Assembly: GCA_964016885.1 (NCBI GenBank)
Contig: OZ024747.1
Span: 43,276,001-43,340,000, forward strand
Origin: Eledone cirrhosa
Taxonomy: Eukaryota
Direction: 5' to 3'
DNA length: 64,000 bases
The position numbers were made by a program, and so were the translations under genes. Numbering within the stretch: the first letter of the stretch is position 1; each line of letters starts with the position of its first letter. A model generated the notes under the pieces. The model saw only the letters and a list, made by a program, of their open reading frames with translations, was not told the origin of the DNA and ran no database searches. Shown in pieces: positions 37,001 through 52,000 of the stretch.

Positions 37001-40000
37001 CATAGAATCCAGCTGCTGTATTACAACTTATTTGTTAGTAACTATCTTACACATAGAATCCAGCTGCTGTATTACAACTTAATTGTTAGTAACTATCTTA
37101 CTCATAGAATCCAGCTGCTGTATTACATCTTATTTGTTAGTAACTATCTTACTCACAGAATCCAGCTGCTGTATTACATCTTATTTGTTAGTAACTATCT
37201 TACTCACAGAATCCAGCTGCTGTATTACATCTTATTTGTTAGTAACTATCTTACTCATAGAATCCAGCTGCTGTATTACATCTTATTTGTTAGTAACTAT
37301 CTTACTTATAGAATCCAGCTGCTGTATTACATCTTTTTTGTTAGTAACTATCCTCTCATAGAATCCAGCTAGTGTATTACATCTTATTTGTTAGAAACTA
37401 TCTTACTCATAGAATCCAGCTGCTGTATTACAACTTATTTGTTAGTAACTATCTTACTCACAGAATCCAGCTGCTGTATTACATCTTATTTGTTAGTAAC
37501 TATCTTACTCATAGAATCCAGCTGCTGTATTACATCTTATTTGTTAGTAACTATCTTACTCACAGAATCCAGCTGCTGTATTACATCTTATTTGTTAGTA
37601 ACTATCTTACTCATAGAATCCAGCTGCTGTATTACATCTTATTTGTTAGTAACTATCCTACTCACAGAATCCAGCTGCTGTATTACATCTTATTTGTTAG
37701 TAACTATCTTACTCACAGAATCCAGCTGCTGTATTACATCTTATTTGTTAGTAACTATCTTACTCATAGAATCCAGCTGCTGTATTACATCTTATTTGTT
37801 AGTAACTATCTTACTCATAGAATCCAGCTGCTGTATTACATCTTATTTGTTAGTAACTATCTTACTTATAGAATCCAGCTGCTGTATTACATCTTTTTTG
37901 TTAGTAACTATCTTACTCACAGAATCCAGCTGCTGTATTACAACTTATTTGTTAGTAACTATCTTACTCATAGAATCCAGCTGCTGTATTACAACTTATT
38001 TGTTAGTAAATATCTTACACATAGAATCCAGCTGCTGTATTACAACTTAATTGTTAGTAACTATCTTACTCATAGAATCCAGCTGCTGTATTACATCTTA
38101 TTTGTTAGTAACTATCTTACTCACAGAATCCAGCTGCTGTATTACATCTTATTTGTTAGTAACTATCTTACTCATAGAATCCAGCTGCTGTATTACATCT
38201 TATTTGTTAGTAACTATCTTACTTATAGAATCCAGCTGCTGTATTACATCTTTTTTGTTAGTAACTATCCTCTCATAGAATCCAGCTAGTGTATTACATC
38301 TTATTTGTTAGAAACTATCTTACACATAGAATCCGGCTGCTGTATTACATCTTATTTGTTAGTAACTATCTTACTCATGGAATCCAGCTGCTGTATTACA
38401 ACTTATTTGTTAGTAACTATCTTACTCATAGAATCCAGCTGCTGTATTACATCTTATTTGTTAGTAACTATCTTACTCATAGAATCCAGCTGCTGTATTA
38501 CATCTTATTTGTTAGTAACTATCTTACTCACAGAATCCAGCTGCTGTATTACATCTTATTTGTTAGTAACTATCTTACTCATAGAATCCAGCTGCTGTAT
38601 TACATCTTATTTGTTAGTAACTATCTTACTCACAGAATCCAGCTGCTGTATTACATCTTATTTGTTAGTAACTATCTTACTCACAGAATCCAGCTGCTGT
38701 ATTACATCTTATTTGTTAGTAACTATCTTACTCATAGAATCCAGCTGCTGTATTACATCTTATTTGTTAGTAACTATCTTACTTATAGAATCCAGCTGCT
38801 GTATTACATCTTATTTGTTAGTAACTATCTTACTCACAGAATCCAGCTGCTGTATTACATCTTATTTGTTCGTAACTATCTTACTCATAGAATCCAGCTG
38901 CTGTATTACATCTTATTTGTTAGTAACTATCTTACTTATAGAATCCAGCTGCTGTATTACATCTTTTTTGTTAGTAACTATCCTCTCATAGAATCCAGCT
39001 AGTGTATTACATCTTATTTGTTAGAAACTATCTTACACATAGAATCCGGCTGCTGTATTACATCTTATTTGTTAGTAACTATCTTACTCATAGAATCCAG
39101 CTGCTGTATTACAACTTATTTGTTAGTAACTATCTTACTCATAGAATCCAGCTGCTGTATTACATCTTATTTGTTAGTAACTATCTTACTCATAGAATCC
39201 AGCTGCTGTATTACATCTTATTTGTTAGTAACTATCTTACTCACAGAATCCAGCTGCTGTATTACATCTTATTTGTTAGTAACTATCTTACTCATAGAAT
39301 CCAGCCGCTGTATTACATCTTATTTGTTAGTAACTATCTTACTCACAGAATCCAGCTGCTGTATTACATCTTATTTGTTAGTAACTATCTTACTCACAGA
39401 ATCCAGCTGCTGTATTACATCTTATTTCTTAGTAACTATCTTACTCATAGAATCCAGCTGCTGTATTACATCTTATTTGTTAGTAACTATCTTACTTATA
39501 GAATCCAGCTGCTGTATTACATCTTATTTGTTAGTAACTATCTTACTCACAGAATCCAGCTGCTGTATTACATCTTATTTGTTAGTAACTATCTTACTCA
39601 TAGAATCCAGCTGCTGTATTACATCTTATTTGTTAGTAACTATCTTACACATAGAATCCAGCTGCTGTATTACATCTTTTTTGTTAGTAACTATCTTACT
39701 TACAGAATCCAGCTGCTGTATTACATCATATTTGTTAGTAACTATCTTACTCATAGAATCCAGCTGCTGTATTACATCTTATTTGTTAGTAACTATCTTA
39801 CTCACAGAATCCAGCTGCTGTATTACATCTTATTTGTTAGTAACTACCTTACTCACAGAATCCAGCTGCTGTATTACATCTTATTTGTTAGTAACTATCT
39901 TACTTATAGAATCCAGCTGCTGTATTACATCTTTTTTGTTAGTAACTATCTTACTCACAGAATCCAGCTGCTGTATTACAACTTATTTGTTAGTAACTAT

Positions 40001-43000
40001 CTTACTCATAGAATCCAGCTGCTGTATTACAACTTATTTGTTAGTAACTATCTTACACATACAATCCAGCTGCTGTATTACATCTTATTTGTTAGTAACT
40101 ATCTTACTCACAGAATCCAGCTGCCGTATTACATCTTATTTGTTAGTAACTATCTTACTCACAGAATCCAGCTGCTGTATTACATCTTATTTGTTAGTAA
40201 CTATCTTACTCATAGAATCCAGCTGCTGTATTACATCTTATTTGTTAGTAACTATCTTACTTATAGAATCCAGCTGCTGTATTACATCTTTTTTGTTAGT
40301 AACTATCCTCTCATAGAATCCAGCTAGTGTATTACATCTTATTTGTTAGAAACTATCTTACACATAGAATCCGGCTGCTGTATTACAACTTATTTGTTAG
40401 TAACTATCTTACTCATAGAATCCAACTGCTGTATTACAACTTATTTGTTAGTAACTATCTTACTCACAGAATCCAGCTGCTGTATTACATCTTATTTGTT
40501 AGTAACTATCTTACTCATAGAATCCAGCTGCTGTATTACATCTTATTTGTTAGTAACTATCTTACTCACAGAATCCAGCTGCTGTATTACATCTTATTTG
40601 TTAGTAACTATCTTACTCATAGAATCCAGCTGCTGTATTACATCTTATTTGTTAGTAACTATCTTACTCATAGAATCCAGCTGCTGTATTACATCTTATT
40701 TGTTAGTAACTATCTTACTTATAGAATCCAGCTGCTGTATTACATCTTTTTTGTTAGTAACTATCTTACTCACAGAATCCAGCTGCTGTATTACAACTTA
40801 TTTGTTAGTAACTATCTTACTCATAGAATCCAGCTGCTGTATTACAACTTATTTGTTAGTAACTATCTTACACATAGAATCCAGCTGCTGTATTACAACT
40901 TAATTGTTAGTAACTATCTTACTCATAGAATCCAGCTAGTGTATTACATCTTATTTGTTAGTAACTATCTTACTCACAGAATCCAGCTGCTGTATTACAA
41001 CTTATTTGTTAGTAACTATCTTACTCACAGAATCCAGCTGCTGTATTACATCTTATTTGTTAGTAACTATCTTACTCACAGAATCCAGCTGCTGTATTAC
41101 ATCTTATTTGTTAGTAACTATCTTACTCATAGAATCCAGCTGCTGTATTACATCTTATTTGTTAGTAACTATCTTACTTATAGAATCCAGCTGCTGTATT
41201 ACATCTTTTTTGTTAGTAACTATCCTCTCATAGAATCCAGCTAGTGTATTACATCTTATTTGTTAGAAACTATCTTACTCACAGAATCCAGCTGCTGTAT
41301 TACAACTTATTTGTTAGTAGCTATCTTACTCATAGAATCCAGCTGCTGTATTACAACTTATTTGTTAGTAACTATCTTACTCATAGAATCCGGCTGCTGT
41401 ATTACAACTTATTTGTTAGTAACTATCTTACTCACAGAACCCAGCTGCTGTATTACATCTTATTTGTTAGTAACTATCTTACTTATAGAATCCAGCTGCT
41501 GTATTACATCTTATTTGTTAGTAACTATCTTACTCACAGAATCCAGCTGCTGTATTACATCTTATTTGTTAGTAACTATCTTACTCATAGAATCCAGCTG
41601 CTGTATTACATCTTATTTGTTAGTAACTATCTTACTTATAGAATCCAGCTGCTGTATTACAACTTTTTTGTTAGTAACTATCTTACTTACAGAATCCAGC
41701 TGCTGTAATACATCTTATTTGTTAGTAACTATCTTACACATAGAATCCAGCTGCTGTATTATAACTTATTTGTTAGTTACTATCTTACTCACAGAATCCA
41801 GATGCTGTATTACATCTTATTTGTTAGTAACTATCTTACACATAGAATCCAGCTGCTGTATTACAACTTATTTGTTAGTAACTATCTTACACATAGAATC
41901 CAGCTGCTGTATTACAACTTATTTGTTAGTAACTATCTTACACATAGAATCCAGCTGCTGTATTACAACTTATTTGTTAGTAACTATCTTACTCATAGAA
42001 TCCAGCTGTTGTATTACATCTTATTTGTTAGTAACTATCTTACTTATAGAATCCAGCTGCTGTATTACATCTTATTTGTTAGTAACTATCTTACTCATAG
42101 AATCCAGCTGCTGTATTACATCTTATTTGTTAGTAACTATCTTACTTATAGAATCCAGCTGCTGTATTACATCTTTTTTGTTAGTAACTATCCTCTCATA
42201 GAATCCAGCTAGTGTATTACATCTTATTTGTTAGTAACTATCTTACTCACAGAATCCAGCTGCTGTATTACAACTTATTTGTTAGTAACTATCTTACTCA
42301 TAGAATCCAGCTGCTGTATTACAACTTATTTGTTAGTAACTATCTTACTCATAGAATCCGGCTGCTGTATTACAACTTATTTGTTAGTAACTATCTTACT
42401 CACAGAACCCAGCTGCTGTATTACATCTTATTTGTTAGTAACTATCTTACTTATAGAATCCAGCTGCTGTATTACATCTTATTTGTTAGTAACTATCTTA
42501 CTCACAGAATCCAGCTGCTGTATTACATCTTATTTGTTAGTAACTATCTTACTCATAGAATCCAGCTGCTGTATTACATCTTATTTGTTAGTAACTATCT
42601 TACTTATAGAATCCAGCTGCTGTATTACAACTTTTTTGTTAGTAACTATCTTACTTACAGAATCCAGCTGCTGTAATACATCTTATTTGTTAGTAACTAT
42701 CTTACACATAGAATCCAGCTGCTGTATTATAACTTATTTGTTAGTTACTATCTTACTCACAGAATCCAGATGCTGTATTACATCTTATTTGTTAGTAACT
42801 ATCTTACACATAGAATCCAGCTGCTGTATTACAACTTATTTGTTAGTAACTATCTTACACATAGAATCCAGCTGCTGTATTACAACTTATTTGTTAGTAA
42901 CTATCTTACACATAGAATCCAGCTGCTGTATTACAACTTATTTGTTAGTAACTATCTTACTCACAGAATGCAGCTGCTGTATTACATCTTATTTGTTAGT

Positions 43001-46000
43001 AACTATCTTACTCCAGAATCCAGCTGCTGTATTACATCTTATTTGTTAGTAACTATCTTACTCACAGAATCCAGCTGCTGTATTACAACTTATTTGTTAG
43101 TAACTATCTTACTCATAGAATCCAGCTGCTGTATTACAACTTATTTGTTAGTAACTATCTTACTCATAGAATCCGGCTGCTGTATTACATCTTATTTGTT
43201 AGTAACTATCTTACTTATAGAATCCAGCTGCTGTATTACAACTTTTTTGTTAGTAACTATCTTACTTACAGAATCCAGCTGCTGTAATACATCTTATTTG
43301 TTAGTAACTATCTTACACATAGAATCCAGCTGCTGTATTACAACTTAATTGTTAGTAACTATCTTACTCATAGAATCCAGCTAGTGTATTACATCTTATT
43401 TGTTAGTAACTATCTTACTCACAGAATCCAGCTGCTGTATTACAACTTATTTGTTAGTAACTATCTTACTCACAGAATCCAGCTGCTGTATTACATCTTA
43501 TTTGTTAGTAACTATCTTACTCACAGAATCCAGCTGCTGTATTACATCTTATTTGTTAGTAACTATCTTACTCATAGAATCCAGCTGCTGTATTACATCT
43601 TATTTGTTAGTAACTATCTTACTTATAGAATCCAGCTGCTGTATTACATCTTTTTTGTTAGTAACTATCCTCTCATAGAATCCAGCTAGTGTATTACATC
43701 TTATTTGTTAGTAACTATCTTACTCACAGAATCCAGCTGCTGTATTACAACTTATTTGTTAGTAACTATCTTACTCATAGAATCCAGCTGCTGTATTACA
43801 ACTTATTTGTTAGTAACTATCTTACTCATAGAATCCGGCTGCTGTATTACAACTTATTTGTTAGTAACTATCTTACTCACAGAACCCAGCTGCTGTATTA
43901 CATCTTATTTGTTAGTAACTATCTTACTCATAGAATCCAGCTGCTGTATTACATCTTATTTGTTAGTAACTATCTTACTTATAGAATCCAGCTGCTGTAT
44001 TACAACTTTTTTGTTAGTAACTATCTTACTTACAGAATCCAGCTGCTGTAATACATCTTATTTGTTAGTAACTATCTTACACATAGAATCCAGCTGCTGT
44101 ATTATAACTTATTTGTTAGTTACTATCTTACTCACAGAATCCAGATGCTGTATTACATCTTATTTGTTAGTAACTATCTTACACATAGAATCCAGCTGCT
44201 GTATTACAACTTATTTGTTAGTAACTATCTTACACATAGAATCCAGCTGCTGTATTACAACTTATTTGTTAGTAACTATCTTACACATAGAATCCAGCTG
44301 CTGTATTACAACTTATTTGTTAGTAACTATCTTACTCATAGAATCCAGCTGTTGTATTACATCTTATTTGTTAGTAACTATCTTACTCACAGAATGCAGC
44401 TGCTGTATTACATCTTATTTGTTAGTAACTATCTTACTCCAGAATCCAGCTGCTGTATTACATCTTATTTGTTAGTAACTATCTTACTCACAGAATCCAG
44501 CTGCTGTATTACAACTTATTTGTTAGTAACTATCTTACTCATAGAATCCAGCTGCTGTATTACAACTTATTTGTTAGTAACTATCTTACACATAGAATCC
44601 AGCTGCTGTATTACAACTTAATTGTTAGTAACTATCTTACTCATAGAATCCAGCTAGTGTATTACATCTTATTTGTTAGTAACTATCTTACTCACAGAAT
44701 CCAGCTGCTGTATTACAACTTATTTGTTAGTAACTATCTTACTCACAGAATCCAGCTGCTGTATTACATCTTATTTGTTAGTAACTATCTTACTCACAGA
44801 ATCCAGCTGCTGTATTACATCTTATTTGTTAGTAACTATCTTACTCATAGAATCCAGCTGCTGTATTACATCTTATTTGTTAGTAACTATCTTACTTATA
44901 GAATCCAGCTGCTGTATTACATCTTTTTTGTTAGTAACTATCCTCTCATAGAATCCAGCTAGTGTATTACATCTTATTTGTTAGTAACTATCTTACTCAC
45001 AGAATCCAGCTGCTGTATTACAACTTATTTGTTAGTAACTATCTTACTCATAGAATCCAGCTGCTGTATTACAACTTATTTGTTAGTAACTATCTTACTC
45101 ATAGAATCCGGCTGCTGTATTACAACTTATTTGTTAGTAACTATCTTACTCACAGAACCCAGCTGCTGTATTACATCTTATTTGTTAGTAACTATCTTAC
45201 TTATAGAATCCAGCTGCTGTATTACATCTTATTTGTTAGTAACTATCTTACTCACAGAATCCAGCTGCTGTATTACATCTTATTTGTTAGTAACTATCTT
45301 ACTCATAGAATCCAGCTGCTGTATTACATCTTATTTGTTAGTAACTATCTTACTTATAGAATCCAGCTGCTGTATTACAACTTTTTCGTTAGTAACTATC
45401 TTACTTACAGAATCCAGCTGCTGTAATACATCTTATTTGTTAGTAACTATCTTACACATAGAATCCAGCTGCTGTATTATAACTTATTTGTTAGTTACTA
45501 TCTTACTCACAGAATCCAGATGCTGTATTACATCTTATTTGCTAGTAACTATCTCACACATAGAATCCAGCTGCTGTATTACAACTTATTTGTTAGTAAC
45601 TATCTTACACATAGAATCCAGCTGCTGTATTACAACTTATTTGTTAGTACCTATCTTACACATAGAATCCAGCTGCTGTATTACAACTTATTTGTTAGTA
45701 ACTATCTTACTCATAGAATCCAGCTGTTGTATTACATCTTATTTGTTAGTAACTATCTTACTCACAGAATGCAGCTGCTGTATTACATCTTATTTGTTAG
45801 TAACTATCTTACTCCAGAATCCAGCTGCTGTATTACATCTTATTTGTTAGTAACTATCTTACTCATAGAATCCAGCTGCTGTATTACATCTTATTTGTTA
45901 GTAACTATCTTACTCACAGAATCCAGCTGCTGTATTACATCTTATTTGTTAGTAACTATCTTACTCACAGAATCCAGCTGCTGTATTACATCTGATATGT

Positions 46001-49000
46001 TAGTAACTATCTTACTCACAGAATCCAGCTGCTGTATTACATCTTATTTGTTAGTAACTATCTTACTCACAGAATCCAGCTGCTGTATTACATCTTATTT
46101 GTTAGTAACAATCTTACTCACAGAATCCAGCTGCTGTATTACATCTTATTTGTTAGTAACTATCTTACTCATAGAATCCAGCTGCTCTATTACATCTTAT
46201 TTGTTAGTAACTATCTTACTTATAGAATCCAGCTGCTGTATTACATCTTATTTGTTAGTACCTAACTTACTCATAGAATCCAGCTGCTGTATTACATCTT
46301 ATTTGTTAGTAACTATCTTACTCACAGAATCCAGCTGCTGTATTACATCTTATTTGTTAGTAACTATCTTACTCATAGAATCCAGCTGCTGTATTACATC
46401 TTATTTGTTAGTAACTATCTTACTCATAGAATCCAGCTGCTGTATTACATCTTATTTGTTAGTAACTATCTTACTCACAGAATCCAGCTGCTGTATTACA
46501 TCTTATTTGTTAGTAACTACCTTACTCACAGAATCCAGCTGCTGTATTACATCTTATTTGTTAGTAACTATCTTACTCATAGAATCCAGCTGCTGTATTA
46601 CATCTTATTTGTTAGTAACTATCTTACTTATAGAATCCAGCTGCTGTATTACATCTTTTTTGTTAGTAACTATCTTACTCACAGAATCCAGCTGCTGTAT
46701 TACAACTTATTTGTTAGTAACTATCTTACTCATAGAATCCAGCTGCTGTATTACATCTTACTTGTTAGAAACTATCTTACTCACAGAATCCAGCTGCTGT
46801 ATTACATCTTATTTGTTAGAAACTATCTTACTCACAGAATCCAGCTGCTGTATTACAACTTATTTGTTAGTAACTACCTTACTCACAGAATCCAGCTGCT
46901 GTATTACATCTTATTTGTTAGTAACTATCTTACTCATAGAATCCAGCTGCTGTATTACATCTTATTTGTTAGTAACTATCTTACTTATAGAATCCAGCTG
47001 CTGTATTACATCTTTTTTGTTAGTAACTATCCTACTCATAGAATCCAGCTAGTGTATTACATCTTATTTGTTAGAAACTATCTTACACATAGAATCCGGC
47101 TGCTGTATTACAACTTATTTGTTAGTAACTATCTTACTCACAGAATCCAGCTGCTGTATTACATCTTATTTGATAGTAACTATCTTACTCATAGAATCCA
47201 GCTACTGTATTACATCTTATTTGTTAGTAACTATCTTACTTATAGAATCCAGCTGCTGTATTACATCTTTTTTGTTAGTAACTATCTTACTCACAGAATC
47301 CAGCTGCTGTATTACAACTTATTTGTTAGTAACTATCTTACTCATAGAATCCAGCTGCTGTATTACAACTTATTTGTTAGTAACTATCTTACACATAGAA
47401 TCCAGCTGCTGTATTACAACTTATTTGTTAGTAACTATCTTACTCATAGAATCCAGCTGCTGTATTACATCTTATTTGTTAGTAATTATCTTACTCACAG
47501 AATCCAGCTGCTGTATTACATCTTATTTGTTAGTAACTATCTTACTCACAGAATCCAGCTGCTGTATTACATCTTATTTGTTAGTAACTATCTTACTCAT
47601 AGAATCCAGCTGCTGTATTACATCTTATTTGTTAGGAACTATCTTACTTATAGAATCCAGCTGCTGTATTACATCTTTTTTGTTAGTAACTATCCTACTC
47701 ATAGAATCCAGCTAGTGTATTACATCTTATTTGTTAGAAACTATCTTACACATAGAATCCGGCTGCTGTATTACAACTTATTTGTTAGTAACTATCTTAC
47801 TCATAGAATCCAGCTGCTGTATTACATCTTATTTGTTAGTAACTATCTTACTCACAGAATCCAGCTGCTGTATTACATCTTATTTGATAGTAACTATCTT
47901 ACTCATAGAATCCAGCTACTGTATTACATCTTATTTGTTAGTAACTATCTTACTCACAGAATCCAGCTGCTGCATTACATCTTATTTGTTAGTAACTATC
48001 TTACTCATAGAATCCAGCTGCTCTATTACATCTTATTTGTTAGTAACTATCTTACTTATAGAATCCAGCTGCTGTATTACATCTTATTTGTTAGTACCTA
48101 ACTTACTCATAGAATCCAGCTGCTGTATTACATCTTATTTGTTAGTAACTATCTTACTTACAGAATCCAGCTGCTGTATTACATCTTATTTGTTAGTAAC
48201 TATCTTACTTACAGAATCCAGCTGCTGTATTACATCTTATTTGTTAGTAACTATCTTACTCATAGAATCCAGCTGCTGTATTACATCTTATTTGTTAGTA
48301 ACTATCTTACTTATAGAATCCAGCTGCTGTATTACAACTTTTTTGTTAGTAACTATCTTACTTACAGAATCCAGCTGCTGTAATACATCTTATTTGTTAG
48401 TAACTATCTTACACATAGAATCCAGCTGCTGTATTACAACTTATTTGTTAGTAACTATCTTACACATAGAATCCAGCTGCTGTATTACAACTTACTTGTT
48501 AGTAACTAACTTACACATAGAATCCAGCTGCTGTATTACAACTTATTTGTTAGTAACTATCTTACTCATAGAATCCAGCTGCTGTATTACAACTTATTTG
48601 TTAGTAACTATCTTACACATAGAATCCAGCTGCTGTATTACAACTTATTTGTTAGTAACTATCTTACTCATAGAATCCAGCTGTTGTATTACATCTTATT
48701 TGTTAGTAACTATCTTACTCACAGAATCCAGCTGCTGTATTACATCTTATTTGTTAGTAACTATCTTACTCACAGAATCCAGCTGCTGTATTACATCTTA
48801 TTTGTTAGTTACTATCTTACTCACAGAATCCAGCTGCTGTATTACATCTGATATGTTAGTAACTATCTTACTCACAGAATCCAGCTGCTGTATTACATCT
48901 TATTTGTTAGTAACTATCTTACTCACAGAATCCAGCTGCTGTATTACATCTTATTTGTTAGTAACTATCTTACTCACAGAATCCAGCTGCTGTATTACAT

Positions 49001-52000
49001 CTTATTTGTTAGTAACAATCTTACTCACAGAATCCAGCTGCTGTATTACATCTTATTTGTTAGTAACTATCTTACTCATAGAATCCAGCTGCTGTATTAC
49101 ATCTTATTTGTTAGTAACTATCTTACTCACAGAATCCAGCTGCTGTATTACATCTTATTTGATAGTAACTATCTTACTCATAGAATCCAGCTACTGTATT
49201 ACATCTTATTTGTTAGTAACTATCTTACTCACAGAATCCAGCTGCTGCATTACATCTTATTTGTTAGTAACTATCTTACTCATAGAATCCAGCTGCTCTA
49301 TTACATCTTATTTGTTAGTAACTATCTTACTTATAGAATCCAGCTGCTGTATTACATATTATTTGCTAGTACCTAACTTACTCATAGAATCCAGCTGCTC
49401 TATTACATCTTATTTGTTAGTAACTATCTTACTTACAGAATCCAGCTGCTGTATTACATCTTATTTGTTAGTAACTATCTTACTCATAGAATCCAGCTGC
49501 TCTATTACATCTTATTTATTAATAACTATCTTACTCACAGAATCCAGCTGCTCTATGACATCTTATTTGTTAGTGACTATCTTACTCACAGAATCCAGCT
49601 GCTGTATTACATCTTATTTGTTAGTACCTAACTTACTCATAGAATCCAGCTGCTCTATTACATCTTATTTGTTAGTAACTATCCTAATCATAGAATCCAG
49701 CTACTGTATTACATCTTATTTGTTAGTAACTATCTTACTCACAGAATCCAGCTGCTGTATTACATCTTATTTGTTAGTTACTATCTTACTCACAGAATCC
49801 AGCTGCTGTATTACATCTGATATGTTAGTAACTATCTTACTCACAGAATACAGCTGCTGTATTACATCTTATTTGTTAGTAACTATCTTACTCACAGAAT
49901 CCAGCTGCTGTATTACATCTTATTTGTTAGTAACTATCTTACTCACAGAATCCAGCTGCTGTATTACATCTTATTTGTTAGTAACAATCTTACTCACAGA
50001 ATCCAGCTGCTGTATTACATGTTAGTTGTTAGTAAATATCGTACTCATAGAATCCAGCTGCTGTATTACATCTTATTTGTTAGTAACTATCTTACTCACA
50101 GAATCCAGCTGCTGTATTACATCTTATTTGATAGTAACTATCTTACTCATAGAATCCAGCTACTGTATTACATCTTATTTGTTAGTAACTATCTTACTCA
50201 CAGAATCCAGCTGCTGCATTACATCTTATTTGTTAGTAACTATCTTACTCATAGAATCCAGCTGCTCTATTACATCTTATTTGTTAGTAACTATCTTACT
50301 TATAGAATCCAGCTGTTGTATTACATCTTATTTGTTAGTACCTAACTTACTCATAGACTCCAGCTGCTCTATTACATCTTATTTGTTAGTAACTATCTTA
50401 CTTACAGAATCCAGCTGCTGTATTACATCTTATTTGTTAGTAACTATCTTACTCACAGAATCCAGCTGCTGTATTACATCTTATTTGTTAGTAATTATCT
50501 TACTCATAGAATCCAGCTGCTGTATTACATCTTATTTGTTAGTAACTATCTTACTTATAGAATCCAGCTGCTGTATTACATCTTTTTTGTTAGTAACTAT
50601 CTTACTTACAGAATCCAGCTGCTGTATTACATCTTATTTGTTAGTAACTATCTTACACATAGAATCCAGCTGCTGTATTACAACTTATTTGTTAGTAACT
50701 ATCTTACTTACAGAATCCAGCTGCTGTATTACATCTTATTTGTTAGTAACTATCTTACACATAGAATCCAGCTGCTGTATTACAACTTATTTGTTAGTAA
50801 CTATCTTACTCACAGAATCCAGCTGCTGTATTACATCTTATTTGTTAGTAACTATCTTACACATAGAATGCAGCTGCTTTATTACAACTTACTTGTTAGT
50901 AACTATCTTACACATAGAATCCAGCTGCTGTATTACAACTTATTTGTTAGTAACTATCTTACTCATAGAATCCAGCAGCTGTATTACATCTTATTTGTTA
51001 GTAATTATCTTACTCACAGAATCCAGCTGCTGTATTACATCTTATTTGTTAGTAACTATCTTACTCACAGAATCCAGCTGCTGTATTACATCTTATTTGT
51101 TAGTAACTATCTTACTCATAGAATCCAGCTGCTGTATTACATCTTATTTGTTAGGAACTATCTTACTTATAGAATCCAGCTGCTGTATTACATCTTTTTT
51201 GTTAGTAACTATCCTACTCATAGAATCCAGCTAGTGTATTACATCTTATTTGTTAGAAACTATCTTACACATAGAATCCGGCTGCTGTATTACAACTTAT
51301 TTGTTAGTAACTATCTTACTCATAGAATCCAGCTGCTGTATTACATCTTATTTGTTAGTAACTATCTTACTCACAGAATCCAGCTGCTGTATTACATCTT
51401 ATTTGATAGTAACTATCTTACTCATAGAATCCAGCTACTGTATTACATCTTATTTGTTAGTAACTATCTTACTCACAGAATCCAGCTGCTGCATTACATC
51501 TTATTTGTTAGTAACTATCTTACTCATAGAATCCAGCTGCTCTATTACATCTTATTTGTTAGTAACTATCTTACTTATAGAATCCAGCTGCTGTATTACA
51601 TCTTATTTGTTAGTACCTAACTTACTCATAGAATCCAGCTGCTGTATTACATCTTATTTGTTAGTAACTATCTTACTTACAGAATCCAGCTGCTGTATTA
51701 CATCTTATTTGTTAGTAACTATCTTACTTACAGAATCCAGCTGCTGTATTACATCTTATTTGTTAGTAACTATCTTACTCATAGAATCCAGCTGCTGTAT
51801 TACATCTTATTTGTTAGTAACTATCTTACTTATAGAATCCAGCTGCTGTATTACAACTTTTTTGTTAGTAACTATCTTACTTACAGAATCCAGCTGCTGT
51901 AATACATCTTATTTGTTAGTAACTATCTTACACATAGAATCCAGCTGCTGTATTACAACTTATTTGTTAGTAACTATCTTACACATAGAATCCAGCTGCT

